Below are positions 49,705 to 59,364 of a stretch of DNA of 63,122 nucleotides, piece after piece. Source of the DNA: an uncultured Gammaproteobacteria bacterium (GTDB lineage: Bacteria > Patescibacteriota > Microgenomatia > CAYXHB01); assembly GCA_964561945.1 (NCBI GenBank), contig CAZLQM010000004.1:1-63122 (forward strand), written 5' to 3'. A program made the position numbers and the translations under genes. How positions within the stretch are numbered: position 1 is the stretch's first letter; each line of letters opens with the position of its first letter. The notes beneath the pieces are model-generated. The model made no database searches and had not been told where the DNA came from. It saw nothing but the letters and a program-made list of their open reading frames with translations.

Positions 49705-50770
49705 GCTTCATCCTCCGTGTAGGATGTTTAAGCTTGCGCAAAGCTTTCGCCTCAATTTGCCTTATTCTCTCACGCGTTACCCCAAACTCACGCCCCACCT
49801 CTTCCAAGGTCTTTGCTGTATCTCCATCTAATCCAAATCTCATAATAAGAACCTTTGCTTCTCGCTCTGACAAAGTCCGTAACACTTCCTCAATGTTATC
49901 CTTCAATAATTCCTTACTGGCTACGTCATAAGGCGACGCTTGACGTTTGTCCGCAATAAAATCTCCCAACATCGAATCTTCCTCATCTCCCACAGGGGCC
50001 TCCAGCGAAGTTGTATCCTGCGCTATCTTAAGAATCTCACGCACTCGAGCAGGTGGCATCTCCAACGCCAACCCAATCTCTTCAACCGCAGGCTCTCTTC
50101 CCAACTCTTGCATCAACTGCCTGCTAGTTCTAATTAATTTATTAATCGTCTCTACCATATGTACGGGGATCCGAATTGTCCTAGCCTGATCAGCAATTGC
50201 CCGTGTTATTGCTTGTCTAATCCACCAAGTAGCATACGTCGAAAACTTAAATCCCTTACGCCAATCATATTTCTCCACCGCACGGGATAATCCGATATTT
50301 CCCTCTTGTATCAAATCCAAGAAACTCATTCCACGTCCCACGTATTTCTTTGCAATCGAAACCACCAATCGCAAATTACTCTCAGTTAATTTCTTGCGTG
50401 CTCGCATATCACCCTTTTCAATCTTCTGAGCCAAATCCACTTCTTGCTCAGCAGTTAACAAAGGAATCCTCCCAATTTCCTTCAAATACATCCTCACAGG
50501 ATCAGTAGTCACTCCCTCCCCAATCACCGAAAGAGCTTCCAACTCCTTAGCCAAAGCATTCACTGTTTCATCTGCAACTGCCGCCTCGTCCTGACTCACT
50601 GTTTCAAACACATCCACTCCCGCAGTTATCAATGCATCATAAAACATATCCAACTCTTCCAACCTATCCTCAGCATCGCTAAATATCGCCAACACCTCAT
50701 CTTGCACCAAAAAACCCTGCTCTTGTCCTTTATCAATTAATTTTTTTACTAAAGGTCGTACGGCTGCCAT
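49685..50770 (-). CDS. rpoD: RNA polymerase sigma factor RpoD (sigma-70)
   Basis: Region 2 is [41 protein letters not shown] and [17 protein letters not shown]. Region 4 is [27 protein letters not shown]. Confidence 0.95.
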   Translation of the reverse strand: MAAVRPLVKKLIDKGQEQGFLVQDEVLAIFSDAEDRLEELDMFYDALITAGVDVFETVSQDEAAVADETVNALAKELEALSVIGEGVTTDPVRMYLKEIGRIPLLTAEQEVDLAQKIEKGDMRARKKLTESNLRLVVSIAKKYVGRGMSFLDLIQEGNIGLSRAVEKYDWRKGFKFSTYATWWIRQAITRAIADQARTIRIPVHMVETINKLIRTSRQLMQELGREPAVEEIGLALEMPPARVREILKIAQDTTSLEAPVGDEEDSMLGDFIADKRQASPYDVASKELLKDNIEEVLRTLSEREAKVLIMRFGLDGDTAKTLEEVGREFGVTRERIRQIEAKALRKLKHPTRRMKLRDYLD

Positions 50771-50996
50771 TAAACAACAAAAATTGACCGCTTTCTGTCT
50801 TTCTTATTCAAAAAGATAAAAACCGGCTCGAATAACTTTTTGTAGTATACCTCAAAACCCCAACCTTTCACACCCCTAGAACTTGATATTAGCCAATCCT
50901 TATTTTACACTCAACACCATGAGCATATTCTTTGACGAAGTTTACGTTATTCATCAATTCAAACCTACCAAATAGGCCATTTTTACCGCAGTCTTA

Positions 50997-51164
50997 ATGC
51001 ATTTAGTTATTATATTTTTGGGTCACACAGAAAAAGGTGGCTACGCCATTCCTTACATTTCTTGGTACTCATTGCTAATACTCTGTTTACTCTTATTCTT
51101 TGCCATTCTTATTTTCCATTTATGGATTTGGTTCCGCAACTTTATGGCTCCTCCTATAAAATAA
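50997..51164 (+). CDS. possible small membrane protein (55 aa), low confidence
   Basis: MHLVIIFLGHTEKGGYAIPYISWYSLLILCLLLFFAILIFHLWIWFRNFMAPPIK. It is in frame with an upstream 18-codon ORF (ATG 50919) through a TAG at 50973-50975. Below the track length cutoff. Confidence 0.25.
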   Translation: MHLVIIFLGHTEKGGYAIPYISWYSLLILCLLLFFAILIFHLWIWFRNFMAPPIK

Positions 51165-51166
51165 TT

Positions 51167-52846
51167 TTACTTCAACTTTGCCTTCATTTGATTTAGCCTA
51201 CCCGATTCTTTCGCCATCTCCTCATCATCCAAATTAGACAATCTTAACTTCAATATTTTTTTATTTATAGCTTCCCCGAATATCACATTTTTCCATTTTC
51301 TAGCCGTTTCGCTTTTCAAACCCACCATATCCGCTCTCATTATAGCTTCTTCCACATTATCATTTATCTCCGCTGGCAAATTGTCCTTGTTCCACTCATT
51401 TTGTTCCAAATACTCAATCATTTTCCCAAACCATCCCAAACTAATCAGCTCTTTCCATTCAGGTTTCTTAAAATCCTCAATTTCATTTTGCAAATACCAC
51501 CCCACTACCGCCACAATTCTTTCATTTCCACTTTCATTTCCCACTACCGCTTCCTCTTCTAGCGGACGCAAAACACTTCCCATACTTCGCATCTGTCTCC
51601 AAACCAAATTCTCATCAACTCCAGTTCTTCGAGCTAGCTCTCCCACCCAATGAGCCTGCAAAATCTCATTATCAATCTCTCGCCACAACGGCACTAATTC
51701 TTCAAAAATTTTCTTCTTCCCATACCCGCTATTTACATCATATCTTTCCAAACTTGAATCTAACCAAAATTCATACACATCCACCGCCTCTTCCACCAAT
51801 CGCTTCCACAACGCAGAATCTTCTCGAGCAATATCATCAGGGTCTTTACCCTCGGGCAGTCTTACCATCTTTACCGACAGCCCCGCTTTCTCAGCCATTC
51901 CCATTCCACGCCGCGCCGCCTTATCCCCTGCAAAATCCATATCCAAAGCCAAAATCACTTCCTCAGCATAACGCTTAACCAAACTCACTTGTGCATCAGT
52001 CAAAGCCGTTCCTTTCAACGCCACTACATTTTGCACCCCAGCTTGATAACTACTAATCATGTCCAGTTCACCTTCTACAATTATCATCATCTTACTATTT
52101 CTCACCTGATTCTTAGTCAAATCCAATCCATATAGCAACTCTCCCTTATGATACACAGCAGTTTCAGGTGAATTAATATACTTAGGAGCATCAGTTTTTG
52201 CTTCCAAAATCCTCCCTGCAACTCCCACCACTTGTCCCCTACCATTACGCAACTCAAACACAACTCTCCCTCTAAACCGATCATAATAACCACCGCTTTC
52301 TCTCCTCATCACCAACCCTGCCATTTCCATCGTCTCAACCTTCACACCTTTTGCTCCAAGGGCTCTCTGCAATCCATCCCAATCATCAGGCGCCCAACCC
52401 AACCCAAACGCTACCATCGACTCATAACTCACACCCCTATTCTGCAAATATTCTTTAGCTTTAGCTCCTACCTTATGTTTAGTTAATAAATAATGATAAA
52501 ACTTCCCCGCCATCGCCAAACATTCAAGCACTTCCTGTCGCAAACTATCAGCCTTGTCATCGATCCGCCCTGACAACTTTACTCCAGCCTCCTTAGCCAA
52601 ATATCGCAACGCCTCCCCAAAACTCATTCCCTCTGTCTTCATCATCCATGCAAAACAATCTCCACCTTCTCCACACCCAAAACACTTAAAAATCCCCAAC
52701 TCAGGATTCACCATAAACGAAGGCGACTTCTCATGATGAAATGGACACAATCCCTTGAAATTAGCTCCTGCTTGTTTCAAGCTCACCACACTCCCCACCA
52801 AAGTCACCATATCTGTCTTCTGTCTTACAATTTCTTTCTCATCCAT
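51167..52846 (-). CDS. dnaG: DNA primase
   Basis: Zinc ribbon CPFHHEKSPSFMVNPELGIFKCFGCGEGGD, with TOPRIM motifs IIVEGELDMIS and LALDMDFAGDKA. Confidence 0.95.
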   Translation of the reverse strand: MDEKEIVRQKTDMVTLVGSVVSLKQAGANFKGLCPFHHEKSPSFMVNPELGIFKCFGCGEGGDCFAWMMKTEGMSFGEALRYLAKEAGVKLSGRIDDKADSLRQEVLECLAMAGKFYHYLLTKHKVGAKAKEYLQNRGVSYESMVAFGLGWAPDDWDGLQRALGAKGVKVETMEMAGLVMRRESGGYYDRFRGRVVFELRNGRGQVVGVAGRILEAKTDAPKYINSPETAVYHKGELLYGLDLTKNQVRNSKMMIIVEGELDMISSYQAGVQNVVALKGTALTDAQVSLVKRYAEEVILALDMDFAGDKAARRGMGMAEKAGLSVKMVRLPEGKDPDDIAREDSALWKRLVEEAVDVYEFWLDSSLERYDVNSGYGKKKIFEELVPLWREIDNEILQAHWVGELARRTGVDENLVWRQMRSMGSVLRPLEEEAVVGNESGNERIVAVVGWYLQNEIEDFKKPEWKELISLGWFGKMIEYLEQNEWNKDNLPAEINDNVEEAIMRADMVGLKSETARKWKNVIFGEAINKKILKLRLSNLDDEEMAKESGRLNQMKAKLK

Positions 52847-52940
52847 CTCCCCTATATTAACGTAGATAATCCTCGCTTACTATATAATTACAAATTCACC
52901 TCTTGACACACCTCTTTGCCTTTTGTTTATAGTTATATAA

Positions 52941-53855
52941 ATGGTTAATAAACCTTTTATCGGCACCCTCGTTGCAGGCCTCGCACTCCTCGCCTCACCA
53001 CTCCCTCTTTTGGCATCCTCTGCCAATCACCTCCTAATCTCCGAAATTAAGCACGGTGCAAGTACAGAGCAAGAATTCATCGAACTCTACAATCCCACCA
53101 GCACGCCCATATCCATTGCCAACTGGAAACTCTCCTCCAAGAATTCTTCAGGCACCCAAGTTAATCTCGTCACAGATTTTGCTGATGGAACCACAGTTCC
53201 AGCTTACGGATTCTTTCTCATTACTCCCGAGAACTACTCAGCCACCATTTCAGCCGACTACAACTACTCAACCGCCAATAGACTTACTAACAACTACACC
53301 GTTCTTCTCTACGATGACTCAACCCCCGACAAACTCCTCATAGACAAAGTCGGATTTGGCACCGCCTCAGATTTTGAAGCCAGTGCTTCAGCTAATCCTA
53401 ATACAAACCAAAGCATTGAGCGCAAGGCTCTCTCCACCTCAACCGCAGAGTCCATGACCACAGGTAGCGATGTCCTCCAAGGCAATAGCCACGACTCAGA
53501 CAACAACTGGGACGACTTCATCCTCCGAGACACTCCCAACCCCCAAAATCACACCATTACAGAACAACCCAATTCTGTATCTCCAACTCCTACTAATAAT
53601 CCAACCCCCACCCCAACCATTATTGTTTCCCCCACCCCTACCCCAACACCACAACTCACTCCAACTCCAAACGCCCCCACACCAACACCAACTTCAAACC
53701 CCACTCCTACTCCAACCCCAACTACACCACCTACTCCCACTCCCAAGCTTTTGGTTGAATTCATCAACTCAACCAAAAAATGCTACCTTGGATCCAAAAC
53801 ATACACCATCATGGGCATAGACTTCAGTCGCCCATACTTCTTCTGCACCAAATAA
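52941..53855 (+). CDS. secreted lamin-tail-domain (LTD) protein with a Pro/Thr-rich linker
   Basis: Signal peptide, the LTD signature HLLISEIKHG...EFIELYNPTSTPISIANWKLS, then PT repeats. Confidence 0.7.
   Translation: MVNKPFIGTLVAGLALLASPLPLLASSANHLLISEIKHGASTEQEFIELYNPTSTPISIANWKLSSKNSSGTQVNLVTDFADGTTVPAYGFFLITPENYSATISADYNYSTANRLTNNYTVLLYDDSTPDKLLIDKVGFGTASDFEASASANPNTNQSIERKALSTSTAESMTTGSDVLQGNSHDSDNNWDDFILRDTPNPQNHTITEQPNSVSPTPTNNPTPTPTIIVSPTPTPTPQLTPTPNAPTPTPTSNPTPTPTPTTPPTPTPKLLVEFINSTKKCYLGSKTYTIMGIDFSRPYFFCTK
53580..53747 (+). repeat. in-frame (PT)n low-complexity repeat
   Basis: Encodes SPTPTNNPTPTPTIIVSPTPTPTPQLTPTPNAPTPTPTSNPTPTPTPTTPPTPTPK. Confidence 0.85.
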
Positions 53856-53899
53856 CATCTTTCCAACAACTTCTCAAATAATGTTAAAATCAAGTTCAC

Positions 53900-53986
53900 G
53901 GAGGAGTGCGAGAGCGGTCTAATCGGCACGCCTGGAAAGCGTTGCGGGGGGAAACTCCCACAAGGGTTCGAACCCCTTCTCCTCCG
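53900..53986 (+). tRNA. tRNA-Ser (anticodon GGA)
   Basis: Acceptor GGAGGAG/CTCCTCC, anticodon loop CTGGAAA, long variable arm, T arm AAGGG-TTCGAAC-CCCTT. CCA is not encoded. Confidence 0.85.
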
Positions 53987-54017
53987 CCCTCACCAAATCC
54001 ACCAAAACATACCCCAA

Positions 54018-55250
54018 GTGAAGCCTTCAAACCTCGAATCAATCTACCAAGAATTCACACCTCAATACCTTACCTTAAACAAACACTTAGATTTAAAATA
54101 TATCAAAGACCTTTCAAACAAAATAATTCTCCACGCCAGTCAGCAATATTCTTCCTTGCCATTCCCCAAGATCACAGACCTTAATACCTATATTACTTAT
54201 TGTTTAAGAGCCGCATTTCAAGCTGATCAAATTAACAAAACATCCAGTTCACAAACAAACTACAATTCCTATTCCAAAGCTATAAATAATTATTTTCAAA
54301 TCCTTCCCCCCGACAAAGATCTTACCTACAATTCTCTATGGAAAACAATTAATGATGATCTCAAAAACAAAGACGAAGACATTATCATCAACTCACATAT
54401 TAGCCCTCTAACAAAATCATGCATAAAACCATTCGCACACACAATCAAAGAACGTAACAAACTCCCAATAAACCAAAAATTCAAAACTACTTTCGATTTC
54501 TATTCAACAGTTATTCACAAAATTCCACCCCAAGATATTAAATTATTCTTTAAACACAAAGATCAAGCAATCAAATACTGCCAAACTCAATTCTCTAATA
54601 CCAAAATCCCTGCACGCTTTTATCCTCAATTTAATAACCATTACTTTCTTTGCGCCCTTTCAAAATATCCCCAAATCAATTTCCCCAAGGAAATCCTAGA
54701 TTTCGCTACCGCTCAATACCCCATTCTAAATAAATTTCGTTCCAAAATAATCATCGAACTAGGCAACATTTCAACAACCACATACCTTCATAAATCTGAT
54801 AATTTCCTCATAACAATAAGAAAAGACTACAACCTGCGACACAAAACTACCACACTCCTGCACGAACTCGCTCATGTCATCTCTATGCTTAACAATTTCA
54901 AAAAAGGCATTGATCCATTAACCAACGGCAGATATCTCAACGAGCTAGAAGCAGCCAAAATAGAATTTAAATTACTACAAATATTCTCTCCCTCATTTCA
55001 CCAAGCAATAATAGTCAATCTTCTAGAAACCTTCTATTCAACTATGTTTAAAATAGAAGCTCACAAAAACCCAAATCAAGACTTGTCCCTCCTTTCTGCA
55101 AAATTATATAAACAATGCTATCCTCAATTTAACCATATCCATTCATACACATACCTGTTAAATCACGAATTCATTACTCGTCCTTTTCGAACCCTCCCAT
55201 ATTCAATGGCTTATGTAAAATTATTTAGCAAACTAAACAAAACCAATTAA
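54018..55250 (+). CDS. putative HExxH zinc metallopeptidase (gluzincin-like), otherwise uncharacterised
   Basis: LLHELAHVISML with downstream glutamates (NELEAAK) about 23-25 residues later. GTG start, 410 aa. Confidence 0.45.
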   Translation: MKPSNLESIYQEFTPQYLTLNKHLDLKYIKDLSNKIILHASQQYSSLPFPKITDLNTYITYCLRAAFQADQINKTSSSQTNYNSYSKAINNYFQILPPDKDLTYNSLWKTINDDLKNKDEDIIINSHISPLTKSCIKPFAHTIKERNKLPINQKFKTTFDFYSTVIHKIPPQDIKLFFKHKDQAIKYCQTQFSNTKIPARFYPQFNNHYFLCALSKYPQINFPKEILDFATAQYPILNKFRSKIIIELGNISTTTYLHKSDNFLITIRKDYNLRHKTTTLLHELAHVISMLNNFKKGIDPLTNGRYLNELEAAKIEFKLLQIFSPSFHQAIIVNLLETFYSTMFKIEAHKNPNQDLSLLSAKLYKQCYPQFNHIHSYTYLLNHEFITRPFRTLPYSMAYVKLFSKLNKTN

Positions 55251-55263
55251 TTACTAATCCCAT

Positions 55264-55713
55264 ATGCCCTACACCAAAATCCGCCTCAGACTAATCATCA
55301 TAAACCAAAACAAACTTCTCACCACCTATGCCAAAGACCAAGATTTCTACTTCTATGTCGGCGGCAAACTTGAATACGGAGAAACCATCGCCCAAGGTGC
55401 AATGCGTGAAATTGCAGAAGAATGTGGCGCTGATACTACTTTCAAACTTAACAAATTTTTGTATGTTAGAGATTACATCATCCCAGAGGAAGGCGAACAC
55501 AGCGTAGAACTCTATATCTTAGGCTCAATTAATAAATTCCACGAAATTGAAGGCTACGAAGATCCTCAAGACCATGGCAATCACATACTAGCTTGGCTAG
55601 ATCTAGACAAGCTACCACACAATCTCTATCCTCACCAACTTAGTTCTATTCTGCTCCAAGACTATCAATCCAATTTCAATTCTCCCATTCAATACATAGG
55701 GATACTCAAATAA
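55264..55713 (+). CDS. NUDIX hydrolase
   Basis: Nudix box GGKLEYGETIAQGAMREIAEECG. Confidence 0.9.
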   Translation: MPYTKIRLRLIIINQNKLLTTYAKDQDFYFYVGGKLEYGETIAQGAMREIAEECGADTTFKLNKFLYVRDYIIPEEGEHSVELYILGSINKFHEIEGYEDPQDHGNHILAWLDLDKLPHNLYPHQLSSILLQDYQSNFNSPIQYIGILK

Positions 55714-55753
55714 ATATTCTAACTGCTACCTTCTTTCTGTTATTCTTATTACA

Positions 55754-56767
55754 GTGAAACCGCTCTCCTCATCATATATCTCTATTCTCCGCGCCTACGC
55801 CATTATCGCTGTCCTTATTATTCATTTCCTCTGGCTCTTTGGCTGGGATGTTTTCTATAACTCTACCACTCGCTTCCCCGCCGTTGCACTTGACCAGCTT
55901 GTCCGCTTTTGCGTTCCTCTTTTTATCGCAATTTCAGGATATACTCTCATGCTCGGTTATGGAAAAGGCAAATTTCCCATTCTCAAATTCTTCTCTCGGC
56001 GCATTCTCAAAATTCTCCCTCTCTATCTTCTCTGGTCTGCCATTTACGTCATCCAAGGCTGGATCATAAGCAACCAAATTCCATCAATTTCTCAACTCCC
56101 ATCCCAAACACTTAATTTCCTCAGTCTCCTACTAAAAGGTCAATCTTACTACCATCTCTACTTCGTTCCCTTAATCATCCAACTCTATCTCCTCTTTCCT
56201 ATCTTACGCATTTCTCTCAATACCAAACCCCATCTAACTCTAGCACTCGCTACCATCTTTCAGACAGGATTTTATATTTTTCTTTTCCTCGGACGACTAA
56301 CACAATCATCTGCTCTCATTTTTAATAGCGACTATCACCAATATGTCTTATTTATCAGCTTCATCGGCTACTTCGTCCTTGGTATGTATCTAACCAAATT
56401 CAAAATTACCCAAACATCATTCTTAACTAAAACCTTAATACTTGGATTAATTCTTACTATAATTGACAGCTACTTATCAATTACCCAAGGCTATTCACCC
56501 CTCCTTTCTACCACCTATACCAGACTCTCCATGATGCCATTACTTTACCCTTTAATTATTCTTCTCTTCCAGCCCAATCATATTATGAAATTCCAACCCC
56601 AATGGCTCATTTGGCTCGGCAATCAATCTTATCTTATATTCCTAGCGCACGCCGCTTTCCTGCGCATTTTAGTTGCATCATACCAACAACCCACCCTGTC
56701 ACTCCTTCCCGCCTTAATCCTCCCATTGATTATTTTAATAATCAACCTACGTCCCTCTAAGGGATAA
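55754..56767 (+). CDS. acyltransferase family 3 (membrane O-acyltransferase)
   Basis: GTG start. LRAYAIIAVLIIHF, about 10 TM, and C-terminal SYLIFLAHAAF. Confidence 0.75.
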   Translation: MKPLSSSYISILRAYAIIAVLIIHFLWLFGWDVFYNSTTRFPAVALDQLVRFCVPLFIAISGYTLMLGYGKGKFPILKFFSRRILKILPLYLLWSAIYVIQGWIISNQIPSISQLPSQTLNFLSLLLKGQSYYHLYFVPLIIQLYLLFPILRISLNTKPHLTLALATIFQTGFYIFLFLGRLTQSSALIFNSDYHQYVLFISFIGYFVLGMYLTKFKITQTSFLTKTLILGLILTIIDSYLSITQGYSPLLSTTYTRLSMMPLLYPLIILLFQPNHIMKFQPQWLIWLGNQSYLIFLAHAAFLRILVASYQQPTLSLLPALILPLIILIINLRPSKG

Positions 56768-56795
56768 ACTAACTATTTCTTCAAATCTATCATTT

Positions 56796-57878
56796 TTACA
56801 AGTTTTCCTCTCTTTCAAATCTCTCTATCGCCAATCCAATTAGCTGATCAATTAATTCATGATATTTAATTCCACTTGCCTCCCACAATCGTGGATACAT
56901 ACTATTTTTAGTAAATCCTGGAATCGTATTTATCTCAATCACAATCAACTCCCCATCATCTTTCAAAAAGAAATCGACTCGACCCATCTCCTCACATTCC
57001 AATACTTTAAAAGCTTTAATTGCCAAATCCTGAACTTTCCCAGCTTCTTCACTCGAAATATCCGCAGGTATCATTAAAGATACTCCCTTTTCATCGACAT
57101 ATTTAGCTTCATAAGAATAAAACTCATCATGATTCAAAATAATCTCACCCGGAACAGAAGCTCGTGGACTTTGATTCCCAAGGACAGAACATTCAATTTC
57201 TCGACCTTTAATTAATTCTTCAATTAAAATTTTTGTATCATACAAAAAAGCATTATTCACAGCCCTTTCAAACTCCCGTTTATTATTAACTTTACTTATT
57301 CCTACAGAAGAACCAAGATTAGATGGTTTAATAAACACTGGCAAACCCAATTCCCTTCTTACCAAACCAAAATCAATCCTTTCACCTTTCTTAAAAACTA
57401 AAAACTTAGCAATTGGAATCCCTGCATCTCGCAACAAACGCTTCATCACATCCTTATCCATACCAATCGCTGAACCCAATACACCTGCCCCCACATACGG
57501 TACATTTATTAATTTAAACAATCCTTGCATTGTTCCATCTTCACCAAATGGTCCGTGTAAAATCGGAAAAACCACATCAAGTTTTAACTTAAATTTTTCA
57601 TTCATTAAACTAACCAATTCCCCTTCACCTTGAGGAACAAACACAACTTCTCTTTCTTTTCCTATATTTAATTTTATTAACTTTGGATCACTTTCATTTA
57701 ATAAGAAATCAGGTTCCTCCAAAAGATACCATTTACCCGTTTTTTCTATTCCAATCAACCAAACCTCATATTTATGATTATCTATAGCATCTAAAATATT
57801 TTTCGCACTTAGAAGAGAAACTTCATGCTCAGCAGATTTACCTCCAAATATTAATCCTACTCTAATTTTTTTATTCAT
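56796..57878 (-). CDS. ddl: D-alanine--D-alanine ligase
   Basis: RVGLIFGGKSAEHEVSLLSA, HGPFGEDGTMQGL, FIKPSNLGSSVGISKV and IEINTIPGFT. Confidence 0.95.
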   Translation of the reverse strand: MNKKIRVGLIFGGKSAEHEVSLLSAKNILDAIDNHKYEVWLIGIEKTGKWYLLEEPDFLLNESDPKLIKLNIGKEREVVFVPQGEGELVSLMNEKFKLKLDVVFPILHGPFGEDGTMQGLFKLINVPYVGAGVLGSAIGMDKDVMKRLLRDAGIPIAKFLVFKKGERIDFGLVRRELGLPVFIKPSNLGSSVGISKVNNKREFERAVNNAFLYDTKILIEELIKGREIECSVLGNQSPRASVPGEIILNHDEFYSYEAKYVDEKGVSLMIPADISSEEAGKVQDLAIKAFKVLECEEMGRVDFFLKDDGELIVIEINTIPGFTKNSMYPRLWEASGIKYHELIDQLIGLAIERFEREENL

Positions 57879-57898
57879 AAATCAACATATCATATTTG

Positions 57899-57970
57899 CG
57901 CTCCCAGAGGGAATCGAACCCCCATCCTCGGTTCCGGAAACCGATGCTCTATCCATTAAACTATAGGAGC
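57899..57970 (-). tRNA. tRNA-Arg (anticodon CCG)
   Basis: The reverse complement folds with acceptor GCTCCTA/TGGGAGC, anticodon arm TCGGT-TTCCGGA-ACCGA and T loop TTCGATT. Confidence 0.85.
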
Positions 57971-58127
57971 TTATTATTTATGGAACTACTTTTTGCTAAT
58001 AAATAATAATTTCTTCTGCTCTCCAAATTATTTTTAGTATATCATTAACGATAGTTCCCACCACCAAGTCTACTACCACCACTGGATTATAAATATTCTA
58101 ATCATCATCCTACAAAGAAATTCCAAT

Positions 58128-58682
58128 TCATTTTTTACTCAGTATTTGCCTTTGATATATTGTTGCAACAACTTGAACCCCACCCATTATCACAAACAAA
58201 ACATCAAACGATGCATAACTTACAATATATCCCCCAACCACAATCGCAACTCCAGTAATAATATTCGCTTCTCCTCCTGCCAAACCCCATACAAGTCCAT
58301 TATTTTTCCAGTTATCATGTTTCGAATACAATGCATCCCACGTAGGAGTTGCCAACGCAGCTGCCACTCCCAATCCAGCTTGCACCACAAACAAATGCCA
58401 AGGAGTGTCAACGAATAAATATCCAAAAGTAAATAAAGCATTCAACCCATATCCCCAAACCATAACCTTCTCTTTATTGTCAAATTTATCAGTTATCCTT
58501 CCCACAACGATATACAAAAATCCAGAAAAAATAAGATAGGTTGCCCACGCCCAAGAAATGTCAAGAATATCTCCACCTACCCTTTGAGCAAATGTTGCCA
58601 AGAGTGGACCAAACAGCCCTTCACCGAAGTACCAAATATTTGCGCCATAAAGCAACACTTTAATATGTCGATTCAATACCAT
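58128..58682 (-). CDS. short (6-TM) MFS-like membrane protein
   Basis: 184 aa. The motif-A-like loop is VGRITDKFDNKEKVM, between TM2 and TM3. Half the size of a canonical MFS transporter. Confidence 0.45.
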   Translation of the reverse strand: MVLNRHIKVLLYGANIWYFGEGLFGPLLATFAQRVGGDILDISWAWATYLIFSGFLYIVVGRITDKFDNKEKVMVWGYGLNALFTFGYLFVDTPWHLFVVQAGLGVAAALATPTWDALYSKHDNWKNNGLVWGLAGGEANIITGVAIVVGGYIVSYASFDVLFVIMGGVQVVATIYQRQILSKK

Positions 58683-58688
58683 TATTAA

Positions 58689-59123
58689 TCATTTTATATT
58701 AAACCCATCACCCAACCAACTCATATCCTTTAATAATTCACTTATTTTATCAGACAAATCAACCAAATCCTCATAATAAACAACTTTTCGAGTACATGGG
58801 ATTCCTGTAATCATTATCGAAGGTTCAACATTTTTCTTACAAATCGCTATACACAGAATATTGTTTTCTTGTGCCATCTGAAACTCCATCCCTACCCCCA
58901 TCGAAGGACTCGAAACCTCCCCAATAAATAAACTACATTTAGTAATTACCCTATAAGTCCGATCATAAAATTCACGAGGAGTCTCTTTGCTGTCCCAAAA
59001 ATCAGGATATGTCCCAATAACCTTATCAAAATATGGCTCACACAACTTCATGAGATGTCTATAAATAGGCAAATAATCTTGTCCAAACAAATGAATCGGT
59101 CCAAATATATATACAGATTTCAT
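58689..59123 (-). CDS. nucleoside 2-deoxyribosyltransferase-like protein (native, skewed composition)
   Basis: 144 aa. The N-terminal strand is KSVYIFGP. SSPSMGVGMEFQMAQENNILCI resembles the NDT-fold Glu-containing motif. Confidence 0.45.
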   Translation of the reverse strand: MKSVYIFGPIHLFGQDYLPIYRHLMKLCEPYFDKVIGTYPDFWDSKETPREFYDRTYRVITKCSLFIGEVSSPSMGVGMEFQMAQENNILCIAICKKNVEPSIMITGIPCTRKVVYYEDLVDLSDKISELLKDMSWLGDGFNIK

Positions 59124-59364
59124 AATATGTTAAACGTACCACTCCAAGCACTCTGGCGGCGTTTCTTGGACAAAGTTCAAACTCTTCACGAGGAAAGTCC
59201 CAATGAATTTGAAGACTGATTCGCGCGCCTCGCGACGTTTTGTGGTAGTGCGAAAGTCCGCTCACACACTCCATCAACTCCGCATTGCTTGTTCATTCCG
59301 CTATAGCGACTTCACGCTGGCTGCTTCGGCGTTTGTAGTGTGTTCGCTTTGTGGCTTCGATGAC
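59124..59364. other. GC-balanced, hairpin-rich non-coding segment (candidate small RNA or island junction)
   Basis: No credible ORF. Stems are TCCAAG/CTTGGA (59143-59170), TTCAAA/TTTGAA (59176-59212) and TCGCG/CGCGA (59221-59235). Also contains the palindrome CGCTATAGCG (59299-59308), GAGGAAAGTCC at 59190-59200 and GAAAGTCC again at 59252-59259. Confidence 0.3.

Noticed and set aside
52898-52940. TTGACA -35 box upstream of the LTD gene as a promoter.
   Set aside because: No convincing -10 hexamer lies at a 16-18 nt spacing, and the ATG would be almost leaderless. This is too weak to report as a feature.
53906-54184. ORFs overlapping tRNA genes (53906-54184, 61899-62144, 61955-62140).
   Set aside because: These sequences fold as canonical tRNAs. 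The ORFs are by-products of GC-rich, stop-poor tRNA sequence.
58128-58682. The 6-TM MFS-like gene as a remnant truncated by islet insertion.
   Set aside because: The DNA immediately upstream (58689-59123) is a complete native-composition gene. I found no missing N-terminal half on the far side of the islet (61751-61972). Half-size MFS-like proteins exist.
59153-59158. Left-hand att direct repeat for the islet: tggcgg at 59153-59158 resembles the tRNA-Ser(CGA) 3' end tggcggag.
   Set aside because: This is only a 6-nt match, which is expected by chance. No longer repeat of the tRNA end was seen near the left border.
59190-59200. RNase P RNA gene, suggested by the exact GAGGAAAGTCC P4 motif.
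   Set aside because: Only about 240 nt of non-coding sequence is available before a well-formed CDS. I could not find the partner P4 strand (ACAGAAnCCGGCUUA-like) or the other conserved regions. An 11-mer alone is insufficient, so it is kept only as a candidate structured element.
59319-59327. SRP (4.5S) RNA, suggested by GAAGCAGCC on the - strand.
   Set aside because: This is only a 9-mer resemblance to the domain IV loop. The surrounding helix-8 symmetric and asymmetric loop context and the GNRA tetraloop are not evident.
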